Below, in pieces: positions 13,827 through 27,719 of a stretch of DNA of 64,000 nucleotides (position 1 is its first letter; the number at the start of each line of letters is the position of its first letter). The DNA comes from Podarcis liolepis (Eukaryota), in the NCBI GenBank assembly GCA_965112155.1, contig OZ218099.1. The stretch is one strand, 5' to 3'. Below the pieces are notes generated by a model. It was not told where the DNA came from and did no database searches. It saw only the letters and a program-made list of their open reading frames with translations. A program made the translations under genes and the position numbers.

Positions 13827-14823
13827 CAGGAAGGTAGAGTACATAAGTGGCAGCCTATTGTCATAGCTGGACAGCTGAGCCCCAATCTTCAGTCCAAGAA
13901 GTTATACAAACTCCTACTTTCTTGGCTAGTAGAAAGGGGGTATGGAAAGCATGAAGAGAAGAGACTCATTTTCCCTCTTGCAGCTTGAAGTATGGGGATG
14001 GAATGTTCAGAATTTCCCTCTCCCACTCTCAGACCCCCTTGACACATACTAGCATCCCAGGAACCGCTTCCTCACAAGGCAATCCCACACCTCTAAAAGC
14101 AGAGAATTGTAGAGAGTTGGAAGGGACCTGTAGGGTCATCTGGTTTGGCCCCCTGCAATGAATGTGTGTGTGTGTATATGAATTAATCCCATGGGTCTCC
14201 TTGCAGAGTACTTGTTGGGAAGGAAAGGCTTGCATGTTGAGTATTGTGAGGTCACACTGGCAGGAATCAGCTCCCTCTGCTGTACAAGGAGTGTATGCAG
14301 CAGGCCTTGTTTTCTCATGATGGGTTTGAGAGACAAAGAAATGGACAGAGTGGGGTATATAAACAAGCAAGAGAAGTGCCCTTAGTGTGTCCTGTCTTTT
14401 ATGGCAAGTTAGAACATATTTTTTTTGGGGGGGGGGTTGGGAGGAGTATCTCTTTCTCTTTTGTTTTGTTTTAAGAAGTGCAGAATACTACTCCTTAGGT
14501 TTCCCATACATAGGTTCGGCTTCGTGGGATAGTAGACTAGTCTTTGGGATAATTCTATTTATTTTTTGTAATGTAGCACAGAGTATGCACGCAGATAGCT
14601 TTTTAAGCCTACTTTTTATGATGGGGAAGAAAGCTTCCTAATAATAATGAGGATGAGAGAAATTTTCACTGTGTCAAAATGATGTGAAGGAGACTGGAGG
14701 GGTCAGAGGGGTTTACTAATTTCCACCTGAAGAAACCTGAGAACAGAAATCTAATACAGAATCTGAAATGAAGTGCAGATTGTGCCAGTTATTTGCAGTA
14801 TGTTCAAGGATATATCATGTATA

Positions 14824-14888
14824 TTCCTGCTTGGCAGGGGGTTGGACTCGATGGCCCTTGTGGTCTCTTCCAACTCTATGATTCTATG
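14824..14888 (+). mobile_element. CR1-type 3' tail (LINE end or CR1-tailed SINE)
   Basis: ggttggactcgatggcccttgtggtctcttccaactctatgattctatg, with the CR1 ATTCTATG terminal repeat. Confidence 0.65.
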
Positions 14889-15685
14889 TAAAAATAATGT
14901 TAAAGCTGACACAGTATCCTTAGAAGCATGTACCTCTTTTGTATATTGATGTGCAAAGCTGCTTTTGTGGCAGTGACTAAGATTTTATGAATTGATTGTG
15001 TAATTTGTGCATATTTGTAGGTTGTGGATAATGTTACTGCTTCCTCTCTATTGATATGGAGCACATTGTGGCTTAATCTTAAACCAACGTGCAAGTCTGT
15101 TTTTTCTTAGAAAATTGTGTTCTAAAGGTTCTGTTGTTTTCATATATTTGGGTTACGACATGGATCCCCACCCTGCCCTCAATAAAGCATTACATTGTTT
15201 TGACATCTTTGCCCATCAGCTAATTATAAAGGGACTCATTGTCGATGATGGCGTAAGCCAGTCATCACCCCCAAGAAGGGCATAAGTCAGTCTGATCATC
15301 AGTGGATGCATGCAAATTGGGAGAGCTCTAGTTCTCGCACCATTTAAAGAACAAAGCATGCAACGCACAATAACTCTTGTCTTTGGCCAGTCCCATCAAA
15401 TTTACCATAAATATGTGAAGGAATCTAAATAGTGTGGGCTCTCTGTGGGCAAAGTTCTTATCTAGCTTTGTGAGAATGCGAAATAAAGTATTCATTTAAC
15501 CTACTATAAAAATATGTATGCTATGCAGTTATAATCATATGTCATTATTCAGAAAATACAGCAGAAACTCTGACAAATTAAAAACAGAAGGATGTGTCTG
15601 CAAGGGCTTTTTCAGTCATTAAAAAGCTGCTTCACCTCTCAGGCAAACTATTTAATGGCAACTTCTTGCTCACTGTACTGACATC

Positions 15686-16025
15686 NNNNNNNNNNNNNNN
15701 NNNNNNNNNNNNNNNNNNNNNNNNNNNNNNNNNNNNNNNNNNNNNNNNNNNNNNNNNNNNNNNNNNNNNNNNNNNNNNNNNNNNNNNNNNNNNNNNNNNN
15801 NNNNNNNNNNNNNNNNNNNNNNNNNNNNNNNNNNNNNNNNNNNNNNNNNNNNNNNNNNNNNNNNNNNNNNNNNNNNNNNNNNNNNNNNNNNNNNNNNNNN
15901 NNNNNNNNNNNNNNNNNNNNNNNNNNNNNNNNNNNNNNNNNNNNNNNNNNNNNNNNNNNNNNNNNNNNNNNNNNNNNNNNNNNNNNNNNNNNNNNNNNNN
16001 NNNNNNNNNNNNNNNNNNNNNNNNN
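15686..16025. other. Assembly gap (340 N)
   Basis: Run of N. Confidence 1.
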
Positions 16026-17224
16026 CTATTTTTTAAAAAACAGCACAGATCTTTTCAGGACTTGCAAATGTGGCATTAGCTAATATTCAGAGCAGTGATT
16101 TCCTTTCATCCACTAGAAGCTTATGATTATAGTACAGTTCTCGAATTGGAAATGAGAGCTGCAACACAGATTTAAAGCTATGCTGTCTGATTTGTATTCA
16201 ATATACATGTCACTGCGGGACAAGCTAGTCTAGGCCAAGCTGGTTCAATAAAAGGAACAAGCAGTTTCATCATTTGAGATTCAGAGAAGACGACAGGGAG
16301 AAAAAGCTGCCAATTAATTAGTACCAGCATCACCTGATGCTTGTGCAACTGCTCTTGACGGATATAGCATCTTTTCCAAAACTGTCCCAGAATCAGATTT
16401 TAACACTCACTTTATTTGAATAAGAATTATTCCCTTGGCATCCTCTTGCAGTAAAATAATACATAGCATTAACCAACAATGTGTAATTTATATTTGCAGC
16501 ATCACTTGTCTTGTTGAATTTTTGGTTTGAACATCTTTCAGTCATGAAAATTATTGCTCTTCCCTCATAACAGCTGCCTTCATTAAAGCTGTAATTATGT
16601 ATGATTATGAGGAGATCAGAAGACTTTTTTTAAAAAAAAAATGGTTCGTTGCTTTATAATACTTTTTTTTTTTTTACTTTGGAATTTCTTATCTGAAAAA
16701 GATACTCAGCAGTGTTTCTGATCTCTATAGATGAAGGAATATGTTTAGTGAATAAACATTTACAAAAATTAGATGGGTAAGGGCTGTACACAGAATTCAT
16801 GGTACCAAACCTAAAGTGACATGGTACCATATCTGAAGGTCTGTAGGTGAATGTGTCAGAGCTCATCATTATCAGAGATTAAAGATGTTCTTGGCATAAT
16901 CTCAACTCCAGAGATTTTGCTTTGCTTTTCTCTGATCTCCGGCCATTATAAGATAATTGATTCAGATTTGAGTTAAAAACTCTCAGGTGATTGCTATGAA
17001 GCCCTTGTGACTCATACTACTTAATTGTCAATTCTAAGGATGATGTTTTAGGACTAATTGAAGAACTGATAGGTAACAAGCACAAGGTCAAGATAGTATT
17101 CACCAAGGAGTGCATTCAGAATTGGAATAGAGGTTATGGATAGGCAAGATCTTAAAGCAAATGGTCTATCTTGTAATAGTTTGTGGGCCAGAAAGTGTGG
17201 TTGTTACTATCTTGGGTGAATAGC

Positions 17225-17357
17225 ATCATAGAATGGTAGAGTTAGAAGGGACCCTGAGGATCATCTAGTCTATCCCTCTACAGTCCAGGAATATGCAGCT
17301 GTCCCATATGGGGATCAAACCGGTTATCAGCACCATGCTCTAACCAACTGAGCTATC
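17225..17357 (-). mobile_element. Short tRNA-derived SINE with CR1-like tail
   Basis: Reverse strand reads GATAGCTCAGTTGGTTAGAGC (A box)...GGTTTGATCCC (B box)...ctctaccattctatgat tail. Confidence 0.7.
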
Positions 17358-17457
17358 TTTATTTGATAGGCTACGAATCTAGCAAAATCACCACGTCTGT
17401 TGGTATTTAGTAGCCTTCATAAAAAAGCAATAAATAGAATAACCAAAATGTGTAATA

Positions 17458-17699
17458 CAGTGGTACCTCGGGTTAAATACTTAATTCATTCCGGAGGTCC
17501 GTACTTAAACTGAAACTGTTCTTAACCTGAAGCATCACTTTAGCTAATGGGACCTCCTGCTGCTGCCAGGCCGCCGGAGCACGATTTCTGTTCTCATCCT
17601 GAAGCAAAGTTCTTAACCCGAGGTACTATTTCTGGGTTAGTGGAGTCTGTAACCTGAAGCGTATGTAACCTGAAACGTATGTAACCCGAGGTACCACTG
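17458..17699 (-). mobile_element. pogo/Tigger-like MITE family A, copy 3
   Basis: TA|CAGTGGTACCTCGGGTTA...CCGAGGTACCACTG|TA; 242 bp. Confidence 0.9.
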
Positions 17700-19157
17700 T
17701 ATCCAGTTTGGAGCTATAAATTTCACACCTTTTGTCCAGTTTGGCTCCAAAATGCTCACGTCGTCCCAAAAAAGACCCATAACATATTGAAATAATTTTG
17801 GGAGCATCATGGCAAAGATGAAGAACAGACTGTTCAAGGTCTGTAAATAATGCGATGATTTTTTTAAAAAAAGATTTCACTTACAGTTAACATAGTTCTT
17901 AGAGTCCAAGATGTGATCTGCCCTCTGCAAAGTATACACCAAAATGTTCCTTACTTAGCCTGTTATCCGACACTGATCAGTGATTGATCATATCCCTATT
18001 GAGGTAACTTTCTCGGTGTAAAACAATACTCCTCCCTCTCTTCATCTGTCAGCACGATTCCTTCCAATTATGTGAGCCTTAAAGCGGGGTAGTTGGTACC
18101 ATCTTGAGGGATTACATTTCTTTCATAGCCTATAACCTTAGTAAAATTATTAGCCATGATGGCTGTCAGTAATGAGTAGCTTTTACTTGGGTGGGTGGGG
18201 ACCTCTTCTACGTGAAATAAAAGTCAGAGAGAGGAAAATGAAAGAAAACATGTACTTTTATTAAGTCAGTAGGTAGCTACCATACCTTCATTCACAAATC
18301 ATGAAAACTGCAAAGCTGAAGTACATTTTCTCCAGTATTTTAATCATAAAGGTCATTGTGAATATCATCTCTTTCAATGACACATTCAATGTCATATTTG
18401 TTTTCATCAGCTTGATTATTACAATGCTGTACAAGGCATATTGCTGTTCGTTTCATTCTTCATACAGGTACCTGTGAGTGCTGCACAATATAGCTTACAC
18501 CTTCAGGACAGCAGTTCCAGAACTGACACTGGAGTTGGCTTTCCAGTCAACCATTGTGTATTCTGTCTCTGTAGTAGAATTTCATAGGATTTTATAGGGA
18601 AACCATCACTGATACCAGGTTCAGCTTGAATGACAGTTAAAAACCACCTAGGTCTTCTAGGTTTTACTCAGACTAAATGCATTGAAATTCATGAGCATAA
18701 ATTAGGTAACCCAATCTCAGTAGCTCTGTTCCGAGCAAAACTTATTGAATATCACCCATAGTTTGGGATGGGTGGAGGGAAATAGTATTCATCACATGCA
18801 ATTTGACATTGCTGAAAGCCACTGTGATTATTAATGGTATTTATAGCCTGGTTCTCATCAAAGTGATCTACGGCCAGGTCACCATAGTAGAAGAGAACTG
18901 TTTTCAGCAAGTGCTGAAAGAGGGACAAAGGAGGTACCAGCTGAACTTCAGGGGAGCTGTATTCCACAACTGAGGTACCCTTGCTGAGGAAGGCCTCCCC
19001 AGCCAAAATTAAAAGCTTGGGCAGAACAATCAGTAGGTGTTATTTCAGAAAACCCAAGTCCTGAGCTGTTCAGGGCTTTGCAAATCAACTAACACTTTGA
19101 AGTGGGCCCAGTGACAAAAGGCAGCCAGTGTGAATTATTATGGACCAGTGTTACATA

Positions 19158-19322
19158 CCGTATTTTTCCGTCTATAAGATGCCCCATGTATAAGATGCCC
19201 CCTATTTGGTAGCCTCTGATTTAAGAAAATGGGGAGAGATTTATCCGTGTATAAGACGCCCCCAAATTTTGGACATTATTTTTTTGGGGGGGGAACCTAG
19301 TCTTATATACGGAAAAATACGG
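19158..19322. mobile_element. Tc1/mariner-superfamily MITE, family B
   Basis: TA|CCGTATTTTTCCGTCTATAAGA...TCTTATATACGGAAAAATACGG|TA; TIRs plus TA TSD. Confidence 0.85.
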
Positions 19323-19400
19323 TATTTTGTGCAGAGATGCCTGTTAATACTTCAGATGCTGTATTTTGTGATAGCTGCTGCAATACCTAGACTCCTAGGG

Positions 19401-19646
19401 CATGGGTAGGCAAACTAAGGCCTGGGGGCCGGATCCAGCCCAATCGCCTTCTAAATCCTGCCTGCGGATGGTCTTGGAATCAGCGTGTTTTTACCTGAGT
19501 AGAATGTGCCCTTTTATTTAAAATGCATCTCTGGGTTGTTTGTGGGGCATAGGAATTCGTTCATCCCCCCCCAAAATAGTCTGCCCCCCCACAAGGTCTG
19601 GGGGACAGTGGACCGGCCCCCTGCTGAAAAAGTTTGCTGACCCCTG
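19401..19646 (-). mobile_element. hAT-like MITE family C, copy 1
   Basis: Ends CATGGGTAGGCAAACT / AGTTTGCTGACCCCTG; 8-bp TSD tcctaggg/tcctagag. Confidence 0.85.
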
Positions 19647-20924
19647 TCCTAGAGTGTATTCAAGGGTAGCTTTGCATGGACAAATTGCAGTACTCTGAAT
19701 GGGAGGTTACTAGAGTGTGGAGGCACTGTGTTCAAGCTATTGCTGTCCAGAAATGGCTGTAGCTGCCAAACCAGACATTGCTAGAAAAAGGCACCCCATG
19801 CCACCAGGACCATCTGAGTCTCCAGTGACAAGCTCAAATCAAGGTGTATCCCTAGACTACGTACCTGATCCAGGAATAGTTGAGTGTTGTCAAGAATAGA
19901 CTGGTGTTTCCCAGGTCTGACAACCAGCAATCCACAGCTCCTCCATCTTGGTGGGATTCAGTTTCAGTTTATTAGCTATCGTCTAACACAGGGACGTCCA
20001 ACTCCCAAGAGACTGCAGTCTACTCACAGAATAAAAAACTGGCAGTGATCTACCCCTTTTTTTGGGGGGGGGGTTCAGTTGTTGAGCTTTTTTTAGGGAG
20101 GAATGTCCTGTTATGGAGAGGAAAATGTCGAAATTGAGATTAACCAACAGCTCGCTGTTGGACATCCCTGGTCTAACACATTACAGCTACCACACTGATC
20201 CAGCACCTGCAGAGCTTCACGTGTTAAGGGAAGAGCGGTAGCTCAGTCACAGAACACCTACTTTATATATAGACGTTCCCAAGTTCACCCCTAGCTCACC
20301 CAAGTTCACATAAACCCATAAAACTCCGAGAGCCACTGCCAGCTTCTGCTTTTGATCAGCCACAACTTGCTGTGTTATCTGAACCAAGAACTTCGATTAA
20401 CTGTGGTTAGTTTCAGCAACACAGTTTCAGAAACCATGGTTTGAAGTTGTGCATTTTAAAGCTAAACATAGTTAAAGTTAACCACAGTGTCAGTTCAGAC
20501 AAACTTTGTTGATAAAATGATGGTGGTGAACATCAGTGGCAGGGCAACTCGTCTCATGGTCTCATCAGGATATACTTAAAGCAGAAAGAGTTAGCACTGT
20601 TTCCGCCTGTGCTTACAGTTAGATTTGTCCCTTGATTAAGGTAATCTTAGTTGAGTACTGAACTAAATTTGCATTTGAATAAAAAGAACAGTTCTGAATC
20701 AATAATATTTGAAGAGGCATTCTCTCCTATTTGAGAGAGGGAATGGGAATGCCTCCATATATAGTGTTTCCCTATGCAAAATTTATAAACGCCTGTGTAT
20801 CTGCACCCTGATTAATCATGAGTACTATTTTAGTCAATTAAATTGATTACTCCAAGGTTGCAGCCCTACCAACAATCAATGCTATGTGTAGTTGCCTTTT
20901 GTTTCATATCCAGTAGGGGCAGAT

Positions 20925-21380
20925 TGTTGTTGCGTGGCTATTCCCCCCCCCCCCCACAGGTGGAATAAATGAAGACAACGGACACAAAGTTTTAGGTTAA
21001 TGGGCGTAAATGGCCACAACTTTATTGATTACAGGAAATAAGGGTATTGGCTTTAGGCATTGGCCCCTAACCGACTATCCGGTCTAACCGGGAAGGGTTA
21101 AACACCAACAGGGGGAGCCACCCGAGATGCATATCCCTAGGCGCTCCCCGAGGGGTTACCGCTCAGGGGCGCGCTTTAGGCCCTAGCCTCCGTAGGTTTC
21201 GGACGAGGCGTCGCCCCTCGGAGTCCTTTAATGAACTACCCTTCAAGCATTGGGGGAGGTGATGGCGTTCCTCCCCCCCAACCTCATCTGCATGACAATA
21301 CCCCGGCCAATGCCTACCGCCAAAACCGAGAAGTTGTGACGATTTGCTACGAGGTAGGCGAAAAAACCAAGTGCAGTTCA
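20925..21380 (-). mobile_element. Probable LTR fragment (ERV/Gypsy-like), CpG-rich
   Basis: Starts with TG; AATAAA on the minus strand (ctttattg); sharp CpG enrichment relative to the flanks. Other end and TSD not found. Confidence 0.4.
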
Positions 21381-22214
21381 TTGAATAAAATCAAAATATA
21401 AAACCACAAAAACAACAACCCAATATCCCCACATTTTAAAAGGGCAAAGGATGTTGTTAAATTTTTGCCCACTCTTCGCCATCATATCTCAGGGCAGGTT
21501 GCCACAGTTTAAAATTCAATATAAAAACTTTTATAACAAATCACAGGAATAGGGCAGTTCCCCCCAAAACACACCAGGGTAAATAGGTGCCTCTGCAGCA
21601 TTTGCCAAAAGCTGTATAGTGAAAGTGCCAGACACGCCTCTGAGGGGAGAAAATTCAACAGTTTAGTTTATACTGGTTTGGTGAGAGGGGACTGGATCCT
21701 GCATTTCAATTTAAGTCATGCTGAGAGGAAAAGAAAGGACACTTGGCAGCTGGCCATTACATGTTTCTTGAGAACTGATACATTATACATAATTATTTTT
21801 GATATACAGCCTGTGGGAAAATATGAACAAAACTATCCTGTGAGTAGAGGGCTGCTGTTTTTTTTTGTTTGTTTTTTTCTGCTGCAAACTAATGTGTAAT
21901 CACTTTGTGCACACACACAAAATAGGGAGTACTAATCAACCATGTTAACTTTAATTATTAGCAGTGCTCAGAATTCTTGGCTTTAGTCAGAACACAAAAA
22001 TTTGCTGTTAAAAATAGATATCAAACATTTCTGTGGTCAGTGACTTACAGCAACTGTTTGTTGTGCTGGCAAAATTGCAAGCTGAAATAAAAAATGGGGA
22101 ACCCGCAGCCCTCAATATGTGGGTGATCCCAACTCCTTTCATTCCTAGGCACCAGCATTGACAGTGGTCAGGGATAATGGGAGTTGAAGCATAACGGCAT
22201 CTGGAGAGCCAATA

Positions 22215-22466
22215 CAGTGGTACGTCTGCATGCGAACGGGATCTGTACTGGAGCCCCGTTCGCATCCTGAGCAGAATGCAACCCGCATCTGCGCATGCAT
22301 GGGTCGCGATTCGTCGCTTCTGTGCATGCGTGTGACGTCACTTTGAGTGTCTGCGCATGCGCGAGCAGCGAAACCCGGAAGTAACACGTTCCGTTACTTC
22401 TGGGTCTCCACGGAGCATAACCTGAAAACGCTCAACCTAAAGCGACTTTAACCCAAGGTATGACTG
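22215..22466. mobile_element. pogo/Tigger-like MITE family D
   Basis: TA|CAGTGGTACG...GGTATGACTG|TA; interior rich in gcgcatgcg; partial inverted relative at 37308-37469. Confidence 0.75.
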
Positions 22467-22732
22467 TAATCAAAGCCACAACAAAGCATAAAATTCACTT
22501 CATAAAGATACATGGTTCAGCTCGTATGTCTGAAACCACCTACATAAGCACAATAATGTGTTGAGCATGCACCAGAAACCTATTGTCTGTGCTACCTAAA
22601 CTCAACAAGGAGGGAATTCCAAAGGGCATGTGCTGCAACATTGAAAGGCGCTGCTCTGAATGAGCTTGGTGGGGAGTGGCAACACTAGGAAAACCATGGC
22701 CAGATAGCACATTGGCAGTCCATGCAGTTATA

Positions 22733-22958
22733 TAGTGGTACCTCGGGTTACATACGCTTCAGGTTACAGACTCCGCTAACCCAGAAATAGTGCTTCAGGT
22801 TAAGAACTTTGCTTCAGGATAAGAACAGAAATCATGCTCTGGCGGCGCGGCGGCAGCAGGAGGCCCCATTAGCTAAAGTGGTGCTTCAGGTTAAGAACAG
22901 TTTCAGGTTAAGAACGGACCTCCGGAATGAATTAAGTATTTAACCCGAGGTACCACTG
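22733..22958 (+). mobile_element. pogo/Tigger-like MITE family A, copy 4 (226 bp), inserted in an old minus-strand L2
   Basis: Same TIRs and TA TSD; lacks one 16-bp subterminal unit; right flank translates on the minus strand as L2-like RLDYCSAFYVG...LQLIQDVAA. Confidence 0.9.
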
Positions 22959-23444
22959 TATCAGCAAAGGTGTTACAAGCTGTCGGTAGCTGCTACATCC
23001 TGTATCAGCTGCAGCTTACAGACCTGTCTTGAAGGAGGTCCCACATAGAATGCACTGCAGTAATCCAGCCTTTGGGTTATCACTCTGGCCATGCCATTCA
23101 TGTCCAACAATGGCCAAATTTAGTAAAAGGAGTTACTAGCTATTAAGGCCATCTGCCTCACCAATGACAAAGGTAGGTCCAGGAGTACCCCCTGCATTCA
23201 CACGTTAAAATGGCAACTGACCTATCTCCCAGACATTGAAATAGAAATCTGCATGCAAACATGTTAGGTATTTCAATTGTTTGTTTTGACAGGAAACCAC
23301 CCCTATATAATAATATATAGCTCCCGCCCATGTAAAATGCTAAATTCTCTGCTTCCTCTGACCTCTATTACTCAGCTTTCTGCCTCTGCCATCTCAGACA
23401 ACCGTTTTTACTATACCATTTCCTTCTTCAACTTTAATGACGTC

Positions 23445-23664
23445 AGAAGAGTGCTGCTCAGTCAGACCAGAGGTGTATCTTGTCTGGTATTCTGTTCCCA
23501 CAGTGGCCAACCAGATGTCTATGGCAAGCCAACAAGCCAGACATTTGGGATTTCCACCAACTGGTATTCAGAAGCATACTCCCTCTGTTTCTGGGGGCCG
23601 TACATAACCATCATATCTAGGTACCATTGATGGATTTATTCGCCACAAATTTGTCGAATCTCCT
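23445..23664 (-). mobile_element. CR1 3' end fragment hosting the solo LTR
   Basis: Reverse complement of the CR1 3'UTR seen at 7290-7500; resumes (ttcaaagcc) after the LTR. Confidence 0.6.
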
Positions 23665-24146
23665 TGTGGCGATCACACAGGGTCCCCGGACGTTTGGCGG
23701 TCTATTGATCCCTGTGCCACCACTATGATCACTTCTCCGCTGCCACCAACCCGTTTCTCTCGGGTACACACTGAGTCCAGACAGTTGTTAACATTAAAAC
23801 AAATAATCAAGTTTATTTTATGAGCATGAACAAGTTCATGGTTTCAGATAATTTTTCTTGTCAGTTTTTTATCCTTAGTTTCTATATCAGCCTATACCTT
23901 CCTAATAACTTCTAACTGATTATCCCAACTGTCTATCTGACTCCTCCTAACAGTTTCTCTCACTCTCTCACATCACAACTAGACCAACCCACAGGCTTAT
24001 CCTCCCTCTTCCTTCTCCAACTTCCAACTGACTTCCCAACAACTCCAACTCTAACTCTAACTCCTCCCCTTGGGTTCCCACTGGCCAATCACTTCACACT
24101 CATTTAACCCTTTCCTTATGACCCATCTAGGAGGGCAAACACCACA
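23665..24146 (-). mobile_element. Solo LTR (482 bp)
   Basis: TGTGGCG...CACCACA termini; perfect 5-bp TSD CTCCT; AATAAA on the minus strand. Confidence 0.85.
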
Positions 24147-25525
24147 CTCCTTTCAAAGCCTTCAAAGGTTGTGATAGTTGTAAAATGCAGCCAATTGGAT
24201 TGTAATTTGTCTGATTTAAAAACTGTAGGAGAATCTTTTGTTATTATGTGGACACAAATAAACTTATGGACCGGCTTAATTATTTCACGGAAATCAATGG
24301 GCCTTGAAAAGTCCTCAGTTTTCACTGCATCATCTGCAGGAGTTTATTTATCTTAGTATACGAATTGCATTTATTTAAAATATTTTATATTCTACCTTTC
24401 ATCAAACAATATTTCCAGAGTGATTTGTGATAATACAGCAATTAAATATATACCTCTAAACCCATAAAACTTGAAATGAAAGCAGCTGTTTTACAAGTTG
24501 AGGATGTGCCTCCAATAGATTCACAACAGATAGCAAAACAGATTTCAGCGTATGCAAAATTTCAAAGCTGTCACTTGTAATGTATCTTACAGGAGAGCTT
24601 TGACATTTGTAAGCAGATTACTGCTGTTAAAATTAATGGAGGACATATGCAAGTTAGCAACATAACACCTTACTCCTAGTAGACAATTTTTTAAGGATCT
24701 GTCAGAGATGCTTGCAAAGGTGAAAGAAACTAGAAATACTGGGACAGCGTAAATGTCTAAGTATTTAACCTTCTATCAGTTGGATTTGTAAGCTACATTT
24801 TAAAAGGAAAATATGCAACTCCATTTACCATCTAATCTTTCAACTTTTGACAACCTCAGTCAGAGTTATGATGGAGCTGATTTAGACTTTATAACGTTAG
24901 ACACAACTTCAAGAAGCACCAAGCAAATGTTAAAGTCAAATCCACAATTTCACTTGCCTGTGTGCTCTATTTCATCTTCCTTTAATCTAAAAACCTTAAG
25001 CATTCTTGAGAGATCATAGCGCTGTTGACACATTAAATAATCCTCTGCCTAACATAATTTTTTAATTATTTAAATGAAAATAAACTAGGGCATGATCTAG
25101 TCAAAGTATTCCTAGCAGGGATTCCATATGAACAGAGATATAAATCTCCAAACTCACAGTAGATGTGTGTCAGACACTTCCTTAGCATAAGAACCCACAT
25201 TTTTGTGGATATAAGTCTCCCCTTCACATTTCATAGACTGAGAAAATCAGCAATTATTGTGTGTTACATTTGGCCCTCTTTTGCGTTGCAAGTCTGTATA
25301 TAGACTTCTTAATGCATTGTATTTGACAAATAACTTTTTATCTTCTTGCCAGTGGTGTTTGTGATAGAAGGAAGTGAAATCCAAATGTTTGTGTAGTGAG
25401 ATGCACTTGATTTAATCTTGTTTGGTGCACACAGGAACCATACTATTCTAAGATACACAAGTCTGAGATCATTTAGGACTTTGAGAAGCAAACAGTTCAG
25501 CTCTTTGAATTGGGTTTGGAACCTA

Positions 25526-26012
25526 CCGTGTTTTTCGCTCTATAAGATGCACCAGACCATAAGACGCACCTAGTTTTTGGAGGAGGAAAACAAGAAAAAA
25601 ATATATTCTGAATCCCAGAAGCCAGAACAGCAAGAGGGATCTGGCTTCTGGGATAGCCTCTTGCTGTTTTGGCTTATGGGATAGCCACGTGCAGCCTCTC
25701 CTGGGCAAGGGAAGCCTTCATCCCCCTGCCTGGGAGAGGCTGCGCACGGCTAAGGCTCCCCCAAGAGCCATGCTCCCTTTAAAGAGCGTGTGGAGCGTGT
25801 GTGCGGCTCTCGGGGGCTTTTCCCCAAGGAGGGAGAAGGGCAGCCCTTCTCCCTCCTCGGGGAAAAGCCCCCAAGAACCGCACACACGCTCCACGCAGTT
25901 CTTTAAAGGGAGTGCTGAGCAGAGCCTCCCGTCTGCATTCGCTTCATAAGACGCACACACATCTCCCCTTTTTAGGAGGGGGAAAGTGTGTCTTATAGAG
26001 CAATAAATACGG
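25526..26012. mobile_element. Tc1/mariner-superfamily MITE (family B-related, 487 bp)
   Basis: TA|CCGTGTTTTTCGCTCTATAAGA...TCTTATAGAGCAATAAATACGG|TA; GC-rich, partly palindromic interior. Confidence 0.85.
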
Positions 26013-27719
26013 TAATTGGCAACCACTGCAGCTTATAGGGGAAGGACCCCAAAAGAGGAACACGAAGCCTGAACATTATTCTCAGAGGATGGCCATGTAT
26101 GATGATGCCTGACACATTTTGTAATAAGCTTTCATTGCCTATGCCTCTTTAACATTTCCCAGGAATGTTTCAGCTCCAAAGAGAGTACATTTGTAATATT
26201 CATTTTGAGATTTCGACAGTCTGAGATGTGGATCCTGATGGCATCATGTTTGAAGAAAGCCCTAGAAAGATTGCTGGGCATTCCTATGGGAGAGGAACCA
26301 GGTTTTAGCTTTACCAGTATCTCCTTAACACGAGGAGGTAGCCCTGCACTCCTTCTCTGACACTGAGGATGCAAGAAGGCAATTTCTGCTCACCCCCTCC
26401 CTTGGGTGGGCAGAGTTTGTGACACCGCACAACCTCCTGGTACAGGTGAGCCACCCACCTTTGTTCCAGGGAGCCATTGCCCTGCCCCCATCTCAGCAGG
26501 CCTATGGGCAGCTAGCTGGGGGTGGGGCAAGGGCCAGCATAAGGGGCCAATGCTCCTCAGCCCAGGCTCACTTGTTTTCTTCCAGGTCCCTTCCACCCTT
26601 CAGACAGGGAAAGCAAGAGCCCCACCAGAAGCTATGCCTGAGCAATAGGGTGTGGTCTCTTTAACTCAGTATATATACTCTCAGATAGAGCAAGGGACAA
26701 CCCCTTAGCTACACAGCTATGAAAGCTCACATTTCAGACATTTGCTGGCTAGAGCAATATTCATAGCTTGCTGCCCTGAGTTCTCCTGTAACCAGTCACC
26801 AATAAGCCATAAGGAGCTGACCATGGTCCTGTTCTCCTGCAAGTAGCCTGTTTTGTTGCCAAATCGTGCCAATATTCTGCTAGGTGGTGCCTTACCCCAG
26901 GAATACGAAATAGTTTGTCCTAGCCTGCAAAAGAGAATACATTTGAGGCAGATTAGGAAAGTCCTCTTTGCCACATTTCAGACTTGTCCATTGAGAAGTA
27001 CTGATCAAAAACTATGTCCGGTCTGTCGTCCTGATCTTTCAAGGGGTGTGACCCCTATCTAGACCAGATGATCTCACTAACATACTTCTATTTCATCTAT
27101 AGTCGCTTTTAGCTTATCTTCTAATGTGATTTGAGTTCCACTACCAGCCCTGCAGAACAACTGAAGTTGGCCTAGAAATTTAGTCTCATTCAGAAATATG
27201 TGGAGTTGATCAGCCACCACCTACTCAGTTGGAGAATGGCTCTAAATTACCATCATGATGATTTGGTTATAGTTTTGCCAGAAAGGAACAGAAAATTGCC
27301 TTCCTTGGGGGTTGTGCTGAGCCCTCCCAAAGGTGTTTGCAATGCTCTAAACTCGTGGTGCCAATTTATCCCAGCAAAATGTTTCAAGCCAGGATGGCTG
27401 AAGATCAAATTGACACTACTGTCAAGCACGTTATATGTATACAGCAATGAAACTAATACAAGGAACCATAATCTGACTTTGAAGGCTCTTTTGACTTGGC
27501 TTTAATTTGTTCTAGTCAGTTAGATGCAAATGACTTTAACTGCAAACCACTTCACAGAAATGTCAAAGTGGACAATGAGGATCAAACAACATGTTGTGTA
27601 AATAGGGTTGTTGTTTTTTTAACTAATACACTTAGAAATGGCCGTACATTTCATGTGTGTGTGTGTGCAAAATCAAGTATAGGGGGATAAACCCACACAG
27701 AAAACAAATATGTAGGTAT

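Larger units (their letters stand above)
18830..19985 (-). mobile_element. Old L2 LINE remnant interrupted by two MITEs
   Basis: Reverse strand resembles the L2 RT C-terminus (LVTS..EYCN...LPL) on both sides of the MITEs at 19158-19322 and 19401-19646; boundaries approximate. Confidence 0.55.

Noticed and set aside
15594-16079. 161-aa ORF
   Set aside because: Artefact of the 340-N gap.
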